Of a stretch of DNA of 64,000 bases, positions 51,121 through 63,529 are shown in pieces. Below the pieces are notes generated by a model. The model made no database searches and was not told the origin of the DNA. It saw only the letters and a list, made by a program, of their open reading frames with translations. The DNA lies in NCBI RefSeq assembly GCF_016432865.1, contig NC_067403.1, positions 253,518,001 through 253,582,000 on the forward strand, in the 5' to 3' direction. A program made the position numbers and the translations under genes. Origin of the DNA: Antechinus flavipes (taxonomy: Eukaryota). The first letter of the stretch is position 1; every line of letters starts with the position of its first letter.

Positions 51121-52368
51121 AGTGGGAGCTGCATTAGAGAGGACAGGATAGACAACTCCGGCAATCACAGACAGAGAGAAGCACTAAATCCGTGGGGATT
51201 TGCAGGCGACCCGCCGGGCAGTGACTGTAGCCCGTGTGGATTACATTCAGTGTCCAAAGTTCTCTCTCTGGATGCGGAAGGAGGTTTCCATCCAAAGTCT
51301 CCTGGGATTGCCTTGGCTCGCGGAACCGCTGAGAAGAACCGAGTCAGTCCCGGCTGATCACTGAACAATCTTGCCGTGCCTGTGTACGATGTATTCCCGG
51401 TTCTGCTCCTTTCTCTCAGATCAGTTCCCCTAAATCTTTCCCGGCCTTCCTAAAATCAGCCTGTTGGTCATTTTTTAATGAACGATAATAATATTCCATT
51501 CCCTTCATGTACCACAGCTTATTCGGCCATTTCCAAATGAGGTCATTTAATGTGAAATGTTTTGGAAACCTTCAAGGGCTATAAAAGAGGAGGGTGTTCT
51601 AGGTTCCAGGTTTAGGGACCCAGGATACAGAGTCGGGCAGCTTAGAACAAATTCTGTCGGAAGGGAACCGCACACACATGGAGAGGAAGAGGAGCGGAAC
51701 TGCTCTCCAAGGCTGTTTCTTCCAGCTCCCATAGTCCCTGTTCTAAGATCCTACCCAGCCCTGACACTCCATGTTCTCGGCTCTCCCAGCTCGGGATTCC
51801 ATGTTCTAAGTACATCTCAGCTCTGACACTCCATGTTCTAAAATCCCTGCAAGAATTTTCACCCTGTTTTAAACCCCCACACATACCTCCCCCCCCCCCC
51901 CCCAGCTCTGGCGTGGAGTTCTCAGATTCCTTTCAAAGAGAACAGTCTGTGATTCAGGAAAAGGGAGACCAGATTCCCCCCTCCCCCATTGCTACACCCT
52001 CACATGGGCCAAATAAAGGGGAAAGCATCAGGAGCAGCTTCGAGTTCAAAGCCTCCTTTGGTGGCCGCTAGTCTAGGCTCACCATGACCTTGTCCTGAAA
52101 GGAGAAGTTAGTTATATTTCCTCTGTCCTGGGCCAAGAGGAAGAAAGACTATGAGCATGATGGTCAGGAGGCCTGCTTCCTCTCGTCTATCCATCCTAAT
52201 GGGGGGAGGGNNNNNNNNNNNNNNNNNNNNNNNNNNNNNNNNNNNNNNNNNNNNNNNNNNNNNNNNNNNNNNNNNNNNNNNNNNNNNNNNNNNNNNNNNN
52301 NNNNNNNNNNNNNNNNNNNNNNNNNNNNNNNNNNNNNNNNNNNNNNNNNNNNNNNNNNNNNNNNNNNN

Positions 52369-53340
52369 AGAGAGAAAAGGAAAGGAGAAGGAGAAGAGAG
52401 AAGTCATACATAGAACAAAGAAAGAGAGAGAAGGGAAACAGAAAAGAAAAAGAGAAAAAGGAGAGAGAGAGAAACAGAGAGGCAGACAGAGACGGAGAGA
52501 GGGAGAGAAAGGGAGGGAGGGAGGGGGGAGGAGGAGAGAGAAAAGGAAAGGAGAGGGAGAAGAGAGAAGTCATACATAGAACAAAGAAAGAGAGAAGGGA
52601 AACAGAAAGGAAAAAGAGAAAAAGGAGAGAGAGAGAAACAGAGAGGCAGACAGAGACAGAGAGAGGGAGAGAAAGGGAGGGGAGGAAGGGGAGGAGGAGA
52701 GAGAAAAGGAAAGGAGAGGGAGAAGAGAACATAGAACAAAGAAAGAGAAGGGAGACAAAGAAAAAGAGAAAAAGGAGAGAGAGAGAAACAGAGAGGCAGA
52801 CAGAGACGGAGAGAGGGAGAGAAAGGGAGGGGAGGAGGGAGGAGGAGAGAGAGAGAAAAGGAAAGGAGAGGGAGAAGAGAACATAGAACAAAGAAAGAGA
52901 AGGGAGACAAAGGAAAAAGAGAAAAAGGAGAGAGAGAGAAACAGAGAGGCAGACAGAGACGGAGAGAGGGAGAGAAAGGGAGGGAGGGAGGGGAGGAGGA
53001 GAGAGAAAAGGAAAGGAGAGGGAGAAGAGAGAAGTCATACATAGAACAAAGAAAGAGAGAAGGGAAACAGAAAGGAAAAAGAGAAAAAGGAGAGAGAGAG
53101 AAACAGAGAGGCAGACAGAGACAGAGAGAGGGAGAAAAAGGGAGGGAGGGAGGGAGGGGAGGAGGAGAGAGAAAAGGAAAGGAGAGGGAGAAGAGAACAT
53201 AGAACAAAGAAAGAGAAGGGAGACAAGGGAAAAAGAGAAAAAGGAGAGGGGGAGGAAGTGAGGGAGGAAAGGAGGAGAGAGAAAAGAAAATGAGGAGAAG
53301 AAAGAGAAGATACATAGAACAAAGAAAGAGAGAGAAGGGA
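52369..53340. repeat. Purine-rich compound tandem repeat, ~157-bp unit (6-7 copies)
   Basis: Anchor catagaacaaagaaaga recurs at about 52408, 52574, 52729, 52882, 53040, 53198 and 53313. Confidence 0.9.
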
Positions 53341-53350
53341 GACAGAAAAG

Positions 53351-53399
<49 letters not shown>

Positions 53400-56300
53400 G
53401 GAGGAGGGAGGAGGGAGAGAAGACACAAAGACACAGAGAGACATAGAACAGAGACAGGGAGAAGCAAAGAGATAGAGACAGAGACAAAATGGATATGGGG
53501 AAGAGAGAAAAGAAAAATAGAGACAGAGACACAGACAGAGGGACGGAGAGGGAGGAGGAAGGGAAATGAAGAGAGAGAGAGACAAAGAGACACAGAGAAA
53601 GAGAGTAAGAGGGAGAGAGAGAGTGGGAGGGAGAGAGGAAAAAGGAGAGGGAAGGAGAGAGAGAGGGAGAGAAGAATAGGGAGAGAACTCCATGGGAAAG
53701 TAACGGGGAATTGAAGCTGATCCAAATCTGAGGAGAATTGGGGGATTTGGGCTCCACGAGCCCCTCAAGGCCATCAGGAAATGGGGGAGGGGAAGGGTCT
53801 GAAAGGACCTGGAAGATCCTGAGCCTTGGAGAGAACCCTCTCTGCGGGGCCGCTAACTGACCCTCCATGAGACACACCCCTGCATCTCCCGCAAGCCGGG
53901 AGAGAGAAAGGCAGCAGAGGAGTGGGGGAGGGGATCCGGGATGAAGAAGCCCGCAAAGAAGGAAGCTGCCTGAGTGGGGGCGGGGGCGGGCTCCCCACCA
54001 TGTGAGCACTTTGAGGATGGGGAGCACCTCGTTTCCTCCCAGCACGGTGCTGGAGCGCGGCGGCCGCCCCCTTGCCAGTTACTTTCGGAGCAGCTGAGGG
54101 TCTGGGTGAAAGGTGCCTCGGGATGCTGGTCCCGCTCTCGGGATGCTCGGGGGTGACTGGGAGCGGGGCTCCCTGGGTGCCGGAGAAGGGTCGTTTCCCC
54201 ACAGACCCAGGACTATGGATCTGGGGGGAAACCTGCGTCCTCTGGAGAGAAGTGCCGGTCAGAGCAGGGGGGCTTCAAGCACGCTGCTGGGGGGAAGGGG
54301 GACTGATGATTCTCTCCAGGCTTGGCTAAGCTGGACCTGGGAGAGCAAGCGGGGAGCGGCCCATTCCACACCGGGAGTGCCTTCGAGGCTGGGCCCCCTC
54401 TCCAGCTGGAAGGACCCTGGCTTTACATCAAAGATCCCACAGTCGGCATCCAGAATCGGACTTTAGCAATGAGCCCAACAGAGGGACCCGGCTCCTGCCT
54501 CTGACCTCTGTGACTGGGTGACCCTGACCAAGTCACTTGCCCCCTCTGCACCCCAGGAGCCGGCCGAGATTGCAGAGCACATACTTCCAATAGGGCAGGG
54601 CCGGGCGGTCCCGAGTCCCCCAGCCTTGGCCCAGGGAGGGAGAGGGCCGCCGGGGCAGAGCCGGGGGTCTGGCCCTCTTTTTCCTTCTCCTCCTAGGGCC
54701 CCAGGCAGTTGTCCAATTTTACAGAGCAGGTAATGCTCTCACCGGGAGCTCCTTAAACCCAGGAAATCACGGGCTGGTTATTATTCACGAAAATAATGGC
54801 TGCCATTGCCCAAGCCCCTGGGGTGGCCGCCTTCTTTCTCCCTTCCGCCAAGCTTGGCGGATTATTCTGATTCCCTCCGTCTCAGCCTCCCCCTCCTCCC
54901 TCCCCACCCCCCAAGTCATTGTGGTAAACTGCTGCTTTACAAGGACTGGGAAATAGGGCGCGAGGGTGAGAGAGGGTTACCATGGAAACCGAGCCACTGT
55001 ATAAAGGATGAGGAGCAGGAGAAAAGGCTTCAAGGAAACCCAGGGCGGGCTGACAAGCTCGCTTTCAGAATCCAGGACGCCCCCGGGAGCTTTCTGGCTC
55101 CCACTGACTGGGAGGGGGAGAAAAAAGAGGGCCCCGGGAGGCCTGACTCCGGGGAGCCCCCCCCCCTCGCCGTGGGGAAAGGGTGGGAGCCTAAGGGCCG
55201 CTCAGACCCATCCAGCCCTCGCTCACGAACCCCTCCATTGGGAAGCTGGCAGAGGGAGAAGTCCCCTGCTCTGGGGGATGGGGAGCCCCCTACTCTGGTG
55301 GAGGGCGGCTCTGGGGGGTGGGGAGCCTCCATTTTGGTGAATGGCGAGCCTCCTAGTTGACAAGAGCTGGGTTCAAGGTTCATCACTTAATTCAGGGCCT
55401 GGAGTCCAGTTGTTCATCCTTCATTCCCAAAGCAACATCAGGCTGTCTCCACGTGCAAGCTAATGGGATTAGAATGAGGCAAAGTCACCAGCCTCGTTCT
55501 CTCCTCCGTCCCGGGGTCAGGATGCAGTGGGAGACAGGACCCCTCTAAGGCCAGGTCTCTCCCAGGTCTCCTTGTCAGAGGCAACGCCCCTTCAGTGACG
55601 GAGGCTGGAGGCAAAAGATGGCCTAATTTCACCTCCTAAAAGAATTGATCAGGAAGGGGGAGGGAGGCTCTGGCTCAAACAGAAAGAATGGCTATTTTCC
55701 CTCGCTCTGAGCCATTAAAACCCAAACAAGGAGCAAGCTGGGGCTCGGGCTGCGGCCTATGATCCGCAGGAGAACCGAGCGGTTGGGATTTCTAGGTGTG
55801 GCCTTTTAGAGAAATCATCCACGAGGTGAAAAAATTCATTGTCCCTGTTTAAAAACAAAACAAAGATGGAATAAATAAATAGGGAAGGAACAATCTAGCC
55901 CCAAGCGCAGATCCCTTGCCTGTTCACAGTCAATCAATAGAGCATTTATGGATCACCCGCTCTGTCAAAGGCAAAAGGCCCAGACAGAAGAACCCAGATC
56001 CTCTGGGATTTTACAAGTGCTAACAAAGGAATATCAGCTACTGCTGAGGGAAGGCTGGAAATCTGGGAGGAAAAGGATCCTTCACCTACGGGAAGGGCAA
56101 NNNNNNNNNNNNNNNNNNNNNNNNNNNNNNNNNNNNNNNNNNNNNNNNNNNNNNNNNNNNNNNNNNNNNNNNNNNNNNNNNNNNNNNNNNNNNNNNNNNN
56201 NNNNNNNNNNNNNNNNNNNNNNNNNNNNTAATAAATGTATCTGACTCCCTAAGTGAGTCAGTGTTGATACAAACCGGCTTTGTCCCATCCACTCTCTAAG

Positions 56301-57709
56301 ACTAAGGCACAGAGCATCTGTCTGCAGGGGCAGAGGGACTTCCCTTCTTGGGAGCTTCCTTTCCTAGTGTAAACACAAAGAGATCATCAGAAGCCCCCCG
56401 GAGGAGGATGGAACCGCTTCTGCCCTAGCGGCCCCTTCCGTGGTCACCCCTCAGTTTCTTTTGTCTCCATTTTGTTTGGACAGAGCAGGACCGAGAGGAC
56501 TTCAGCAGAGGAGCCTCTTGTGTTTCTTTGACATTTGCATAGAGCCTGGCATATAGTAGGAGCTTATTAAATGCTTATCGACTGAATGACTGATTATCTG
56601 ACACCAAAAAAGAGAGAGAAACATAATGAAGTGACATCTCCAAAGGGTCCTCGAGTGAAAGCTGAAAATGACCTCAGGCGCCAGCTCCCCTTTTTTAGAG
56701 AAAAGGAAACTGAGTCCCAAACAATGAAGCGAAGATCACCCCCCAAATCAAGGCGCCTCCGAGTACCCACTGGATTCCTCCCTCCGCGGAGAAGAATCCT
56801 GCCCACTTGGAGTTCCAGAGCTGTGGCCCGAGGGTTCAAAAACAAAAACATCTGGATTCACTAGAAAAGACAAAAGAAGCTGTTCCTGGCAGAGCTGGAC
56901 AAAAGCTGGGCTTGCAAACACTGCCGGTTGCCACGGCAACCCTGGGTGTTTCATGCAGTCACCGGCCTTGAGAGCTCTCCAGGTCTTTAGAGAACCTTGG
57001 AGCTAAACAGGACTCATTTTATACTTGCAGGAAGGTCCCCTCCTCCCACCCACCCCCGCCCCCTCCCAGGGAAGGGAGCCCAGGAGCCTGACTTTGGGGG
57101 GCCCCCCACGGCCCTGAGATCCTGGGGTCCTGGGACAGAGCCAGAAGGGAATCTTAAAGGCTGTCCCATCCATTTCCCCCATTTACGAGGAGAGGCTCAG
57201 GGAGGGGGTGACAGACTTGAGACTTGAACCCGTGTTTTCTATTTCCAGCACATCTGCTTCCTCATTCAGCAGGTTAATCAATACGGTGGGAGGAAAGGGA
57301 TTGGGCCGAGGATGAGGAATCGATGTGAATCAATTAATCAGCATTTATCAAGTGCCTATCATTGTGCCGGGCACTGGGAGAAATGCCAGGTATACACAGA
57401 CAAAAAATGGAAAAGGAGGGGGAGGAACGGCATGGCCATAGTCAATCAATGAGCATTTATGGATCACCCGCTCTGTCAAAGGCAAAAGGCCCAGACAGAA
57501 GAACCCAGATCCTCTGGAATTTGACAAGTGCTAACAAAGGAATATCAGCTACTGCTGAGGGAAAGGTAGAAATCTGGCAAGGAAAGGGTCTTTCTATGAC
57601 AATCAGAGTCTGGCAAGGGCATCGAGGGATCAGTCTGCTTTCCCAGACTTATGGGACACCGGGCTTCAGAATTAAATTGACAGAGAGCCCACATCGAATT
57701 CAACAATTT

Positions 57710-58150
57710 CGTTTTTTTTAAAATAGCTTTTTATGTACAAAACATATGCATGGGTCATTTTCCAGCACTGATCCTTGCAAAATCTTCTGTTCCAACTTTT
57801 CCCCTCCTTCCCCCACCCCCTCCCCTAGATAGCAAGTAGTCCCATACATGTTAAATATGTTAAAGTATACGTTAAATACAATATATGTGTACATATTTAT
57901 ACATTTCTCTTGCTACACAAGAAAAATCGGATTTAGAAAGAAGGTGAAAATAACCTGGGAAGAAAAACTAAAATTCAGCAAACAATAACAGAAGGAGTGG
58001 AAATGCCATGTTGTGGTCCACACTCATTTCCCATAATTCTTTCACTGGGTGTGGCTGGTTCTATTCATCGCCGATCAATTGGAACTGATTTGGATCCTCC
58101 CATTGTTGAAGAGGGCCACGTCCATCAAAACTGATCTTCATGTAGTATTG
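57710..58150 (-). mobile_element. L1 3'-end fragment
   Basis: T-rich tail plus gatccttgcaaaatcttctgttccaac...cccctagatagcaag. Similar pieces at 25960-26140, 51290-51540, 58680-58910 and 60720-61100. Confidence 0.8.
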
Positions 58151-60840
58151 AACAATTTCATTTTGGAGATGGATGAAGGGACTTGGAGAGATCTGGATTC
58201 AAGTCTTGTCTCTCAAGTTTAAAGTCCGTGAGATGTTCCGAGACAATTACATGTCACTATCAGGCTTACAAAACTTATGGAACTTTCCATCTGCGGGCTC
58301 GTTTGGGCCTTGCCCCATCGCTAAAGTAGATACTGTCAGTATCATCATCCGCAAGTCACAGAGAGGCAGCTTGGTGTACTGGACACCGTGCTTTGGAGCT
58401 GGGAAGTCTTGGATTCAAATTCTCTCTCAGATGCTTCCTTCCTGTGTGACTGGGCAAGCCATTGAACTCTCCTGGGCTGCTTTTCCTTATGAGGGGCTAG
58501 ACTACATAGCCTCTGAGTTTCTTTTTTTTTTTTTTTTCTTTTTAGTTATTGACTTTTTAAAAAATATTTTATTTTATTTAATAATAACTTTATATTGACA
58601 GAATCCATAATTCTGTAATTTTTTTTACAACATTAACCTCTGAGTTTCTTCCCAACTCTATCTTATTTTGGTTTTAGATATGTCATTTTTATTTATTTTT
58701 TTATTATAGCTTTTTATTTACAAGATATACGCATGGGTAATTTTTCAGCATTGACAGTTGCAAACTTTTCTCCTCCTTTTGTTCCAATTTTTCCCCTCCT
58801 TCCCCCCACCTCCTCCCCCAGATGGCAAGTTAACCAATACATGTTAAATATGTTAAAATATAAGTTAACTACAATATATGTATACATGTCCATACAGTTT
58901 TTTTGCTGAGATACTTCATTTTTTAAATGAAAGCCTTGGTCTTTGCCATCGACATTTAGTATAGTTGAGAAACATTTGAGGACTTCAAGTTCATTCCGGT
59001 CCTAGACACTCTTGAGTTGTTTCTCTGTTGGTCTCTTCCAGTCCTAGACACTCTTGAGTTGTTTCTCTTTTAGTCTCAGTTTCCTCATCTGTAAAATGGA
59101 GATAATAATAGCCCTCATCCTACAGGAATTTTGGGAGGATCTAGTGAAATAATCTTTGTAAAGCACTCTAAAAATGCTGGCTGTCCTTAGTCCTCTTGTT
59201 CTTATTCACTCTCCCCAATTTGAAGGAAAGAAAAATAAGCCCCAGAGCCAGGACAGCTAGGCAGGACTCATTCCTAATTGAGCCTAAAGTCTACAAGTGA
59301 GCTCTATTCTTGAAGCCACTCAGCAGTTTTTAGGGGGTGGGAGAGGAGGAGGAGGGTTGTTTTTGTTCCAAGCTAGGTCACCTCCACATCACATGAGACT
59401 TATGGCTCCAGATGGGAAGCAAAGTGAATCATCACCCTTGTTGCGAGAAGATGTCCACAGCCGGGGCACTTGGGAGGAAATCTCGTCTGCTGATTGCTCC
59501 ATCACAGGTCCTGAGGTCAGCGGTGACCTTCCCACTGTCCCTACAGCTGGCCTGAGCGTGGGTGGGTCGGCGGTGCTCACAGACCCGTCCACTGTCCTGA
59601 GCACACACAGGAAGAGCCAAAGGGGAAAGTCCCAGACAACAAGACTGAACAAACAGGGCAATCCTAGAAGCATCTCTGACTGTAAACAGGCGTACAAAGA
59701 GCCCCTTCTACCAAGTGCTTCGGCTGAGCTACCGGGACCTGAGGAAGCCTGGAAGCAGCCCTAGTCCAGGATTTACTTCTTCAAGACCTTGGGGCTGATG
59801 GCAGAAAGGGGACCTAGAGACCCCCAAGTCCTGTGCCCCCCCATTTTCAAATAAGGAAACAGGCCCAGAGAGGGAAGGAGACTAGGGTCACCCAAGGAGT
59901 AAATTAAAGAGCTATGATCTGAAGTTGGGTCCTCTGACTACAGGAACCAGCGCTCTTTCCATTGTCCAAACATCCGCCAGCTGTGTCTGGTGAACTACAA
60001 AAAGAGGGACGTGGTTCTTGCTTGGAAAGGGCCACAATTAGGGTTTGTGACGGCCCCGACTGCTCTCGGAGTCCCCAGGAGAACAGGACATTTTGGGCAT
60101 GAGCAGGGAAGTCAGTGCCTTGTGGGGGAGGCCGCCTTAGCCACTGCCACCCTGCAGGGGTCTCTCTGGAAAGGGAGAGGGGAGCACTTGGTTCCAGTTT
60201 CACCACCGGCAGCCAGGGTTATTGATGCCTGGGCAGAGGGCTGCCCTCTGCCTGTATGTGATTCCCTAGATTGTAAGCTTCGGGGCAGCCATTTGCTTGC
60301 TTCTTCCCAGTGCCAGGCGCTTAGTAGGTACTTAATAATCCTTATGATAGATCATGGTGGGTCTCATTGTGGGACAACTGCCTTCGAGCCTGGGGCTTCC
60401 CAAGAACAACGGACTGGAGGCTGTGGAGCAGTGGGATGGTGGAAGGACTTGACCTCCCCACCACATGGGGCCTGTTCCCCCTGGAGAAAAAATTAGGCAG
60501 GTGGGGGAGTTCAAATGTAGAGGGGCCCTAGTCCCCTCTGCCAGAGGGCACCCTAGGAGTTTCCCAGAGGCTCCTTTAGAGAACCCAGTGTTAGGGCTGT
60601 AAAAAGTCCACGGGAGGAGATCCGTTCCTCCTCCACAGAAGTCTTCAGGCAGAGACTTGTTTATTTTATTATAGTGAGGATTCCTTTCTTTTGTTAGATT
60701 TTAAAAAACAATCATGTGTTTTCAATCGTCAACCTTTCTTTCAACCCTTTCTAAGATGCTCCAGCAAACCAAGTTCGGCCATGTCCAAAAAAGTGTGTCT
60801 GAGTGCGTTCCCTGAGGCCGTCCCCTCTGGCAGGGAGTCG

Positions 60841-61555
60841 CATTACTCTTCATCATCAGTGCCCTGGAACCATGGACAACAACAAATTCGACAGACTCTG
60901 ATCAATGCCACAATCTCCTGGAACCACAGATCATCCCATGATCGGAGCCTTTCAGATTTCTTGTTATCATAATCAATTGTTTTCCTGGTTCTGCTCCATT
61001 CACTGCATCAGCTCCCACAAGGCTTTCTAAGTGTCTCTAAAACAGCCCCTTCATCATTTCTTACGTCACGCTAGCTCCCCATCACCTGACTTCACCGTGA
61101 CTTGCTCAGCTGTCCCCCTTTAGTTCCCAGCTGTTTGTCACCCCCCAAAAAACTGCTAGAAATTGTTAGGAATATGGGGAAGGTTCCTTTTTGTATGGAT
61201 TGGACTTTGGCCACCGAAGCCCTTTCCAACTCTCAAATTCTGGGAATTACTTTTGCCTCAGTTTCCTTATGAGGGGATAATAGTGCTTCCATCACAGCTG
61301 TAGTAAGGAAAGGACTTTGAGACCTGTAGAAATTATTGGGCAAAGTTGGTTGGAAGCAGGTCTGCTGGGGGAGGGGGGGTGGTTTAGAATGGAGCAGGAG
61401 AGGTAAAAGCTGCAGGTGGAGAGGGCACATGTGGGGGGAGGTGGGGGCTCCCGATCATGGGATGATCCGTGGTTCCAGGAGATTGTGGCATTGATCAGAG
61501 TCTTTCGAATTTGTTGTTGTCCATGGTTCCAGGGGACTGATGATGAAGAATAATG
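60841..61555. repeat. ~108-bp inverted repeat (arms ~60841-60950 and ~61447-61555)
   Basis: cattactcttcatcatcagtgccctggaaccatgg...cccatgatcggagcc versus its near-exact reverse complement. The ORF track shows the same peptide HYSSSSVPWNHGQQQIR.TLINATISWNH on opposite strands. Confidence 0.92.
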
Positions 61556-62157
61556 TGTGACTAGTGAGGGAGGGCACCCAGGAGGGCAATCATGGCCCGG
61601 CACCCTCCAGGGTTTCCATCCGGGGCCACCTGGGCACCATTCCCTTCAGGCAACCTTGTCAGGTCTCCCCGATTAAGCCTCTCCCTCTCTCCTTTTCTGT
61701 GAATCATTGCGAGTGGGCGTGTTGTCTGCACATACCTGTACAAGCTGTTTCTCCCACTCTCACCTCCCTCAGGCCAATGTAAGCTCCCCGAGGGCAGGGA
61801 TTCTTTTATCCTTGGCTTTGTATGTCTCTGTCACTGTGTGTGTTTCTTTCTTTCTCTGTCTATCTCTGTCTTTTTGTCTCTCTCCTTTTCTCTCTCTATC
61901 TGTCTCTGTTTCTTTCTTTGTCTCTATCCCTGACTCTGTTTCTATCTGTCTCTATTTCTGACTCTGTCTGTCTCTTTCTGTTTCTATTTCTCTGTCTCTC
62001 TGTGTTTTTCTGTTTCTTTCTGTATTTCTCTGCCTCTATTTCTCTCTCTTTCTTTTTGACTTTATTTCTCTATCTCTATCTTTTTGTCTCTTTTCCTGTC
62101 TCTTATTCTGTCTCTCTGTCTCTCTCTGTTTTTCTGTTTCTTTCTCTATTTCTCTGC

Positions 62158-62188
<31 letters not shown>

Positions 62189-63529
62189 TATTTCTCTGTC
62201 TCTATTTTTTTGTCTCTTATTCTGTCTCTCTGTCTCTGTCTCTGTTTTTCCGTGTTTCTCTATTTCTCTGCCTCTGTCTATCTCTCTTTTGCTCTCTGAC
62301 TTTATTTCTCTATCTCTCTGTCTCCATCTTTTTGTCTCTCTCTTTTTCTGTCTCTTACTCTGTCTCTCTGTCTCTGTCTCTCTCTGTCTTCCTCTCTCTG
62401 TTTTACTGTTTCAGTGTTTCTCTCCCCCTCTCTTTCCATCCATTTATCCATTACCAGTGCCAAAGGAGCAGGGATGAGAGCTGTGAGATTCTCCTTTGCC
62501 CAGTGCTATTTCTCTGAATCCTTGGCACAATTAAGTTTGCTTCTGGCTCGTTTCTGAAGGAACTTCCTCTGTACTGTGTCATGGAACTGGCAACTGAGCA
62601 GATTCTGTCCCTGAAGGGCCCCTGCAGGCTCTGTAATCCGTGGAAGTTGTGCCCCTCGGGAGGGGAGCCAGTAGTCGGGGTCCAGGGATGCCCCAAAGAT
62701 TTCTGACTCCCAAGGGTGAATCTTGCCACTTCCTCCCCAGCCTGTCACCCACGTGGCCCATGAGTCTCTGCCTCCTCCAACAAGAAGCTCTACAGTGTCT
62801 CTCTCTCAAGGGCAATGGGCCACGATAGGGAACAGCGGCTCTCTGGCAGAAATGAGAGACCTGCTGGGTGTCAAGGTGGGCACATACCTCCAGACAAAAT
62901 AGACAAGCGTGGTACAGATGGAGGCCCTGGTTTGGGAGTCGAATAACCTGGGTTTCCCCATCTCTAAGACAAAGATCTCGGACCGGCTGGCCTCCAAGTC
63001 CCTTCAGCCCTTTGCCTCCTTCTCTTGCCCCTCGTTTTCTCTGCTCTAAAACCTCCCACATCAGCGGGACCTTGGTGGTCCACAAAGAAAGAAGGTCAGC
63101 TTGTTCTGGCCACTGATTATCATGAAGATTACACGATCCACACATGTCCCTGCACATTTGAAAAAAAAGAAAGGTAAATCTCAACTGGAAAAAACATTTA
63201 ATCTCCCACAAGAGCCAGCAAATTGAGCTGTACATTCCATAGATGTGGAACAAAATTAGGGACAACGGATGTCTGGTTTCTGCCTTTCCAGATGTATAGC
63301 GAGTGAGTCATTACATTGGACCTGGAAGGAGCCCCAGAGGCCTTCTGGGCTGGCCCTTGGATTTAGACTCGAAGATGCTGAGCCTCAGAAAGGGGGAAAC
63401 ATTTTTCCGCCCTGTTCATCATCGCTTTTCCCTGAGCCTCTTAGAAATCCATTTTATAGAGAAGAGAGCTCAGCGTTCTTCTTTCATGATTCGGTATATA
63501 AATATATAAAATAAATATACAAATCAAAC

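Noticed and set aside
52196-54045. 509/456/336-aa hydrophobic ORFs
   Set aside because: Translation of a polypyrimidine repeat, not a membrane protein.
59297-59764. 155-aa ORF, and similar ORFs at 62579-63265
   Set aside because: No recognisable homology, start context or exon structure.
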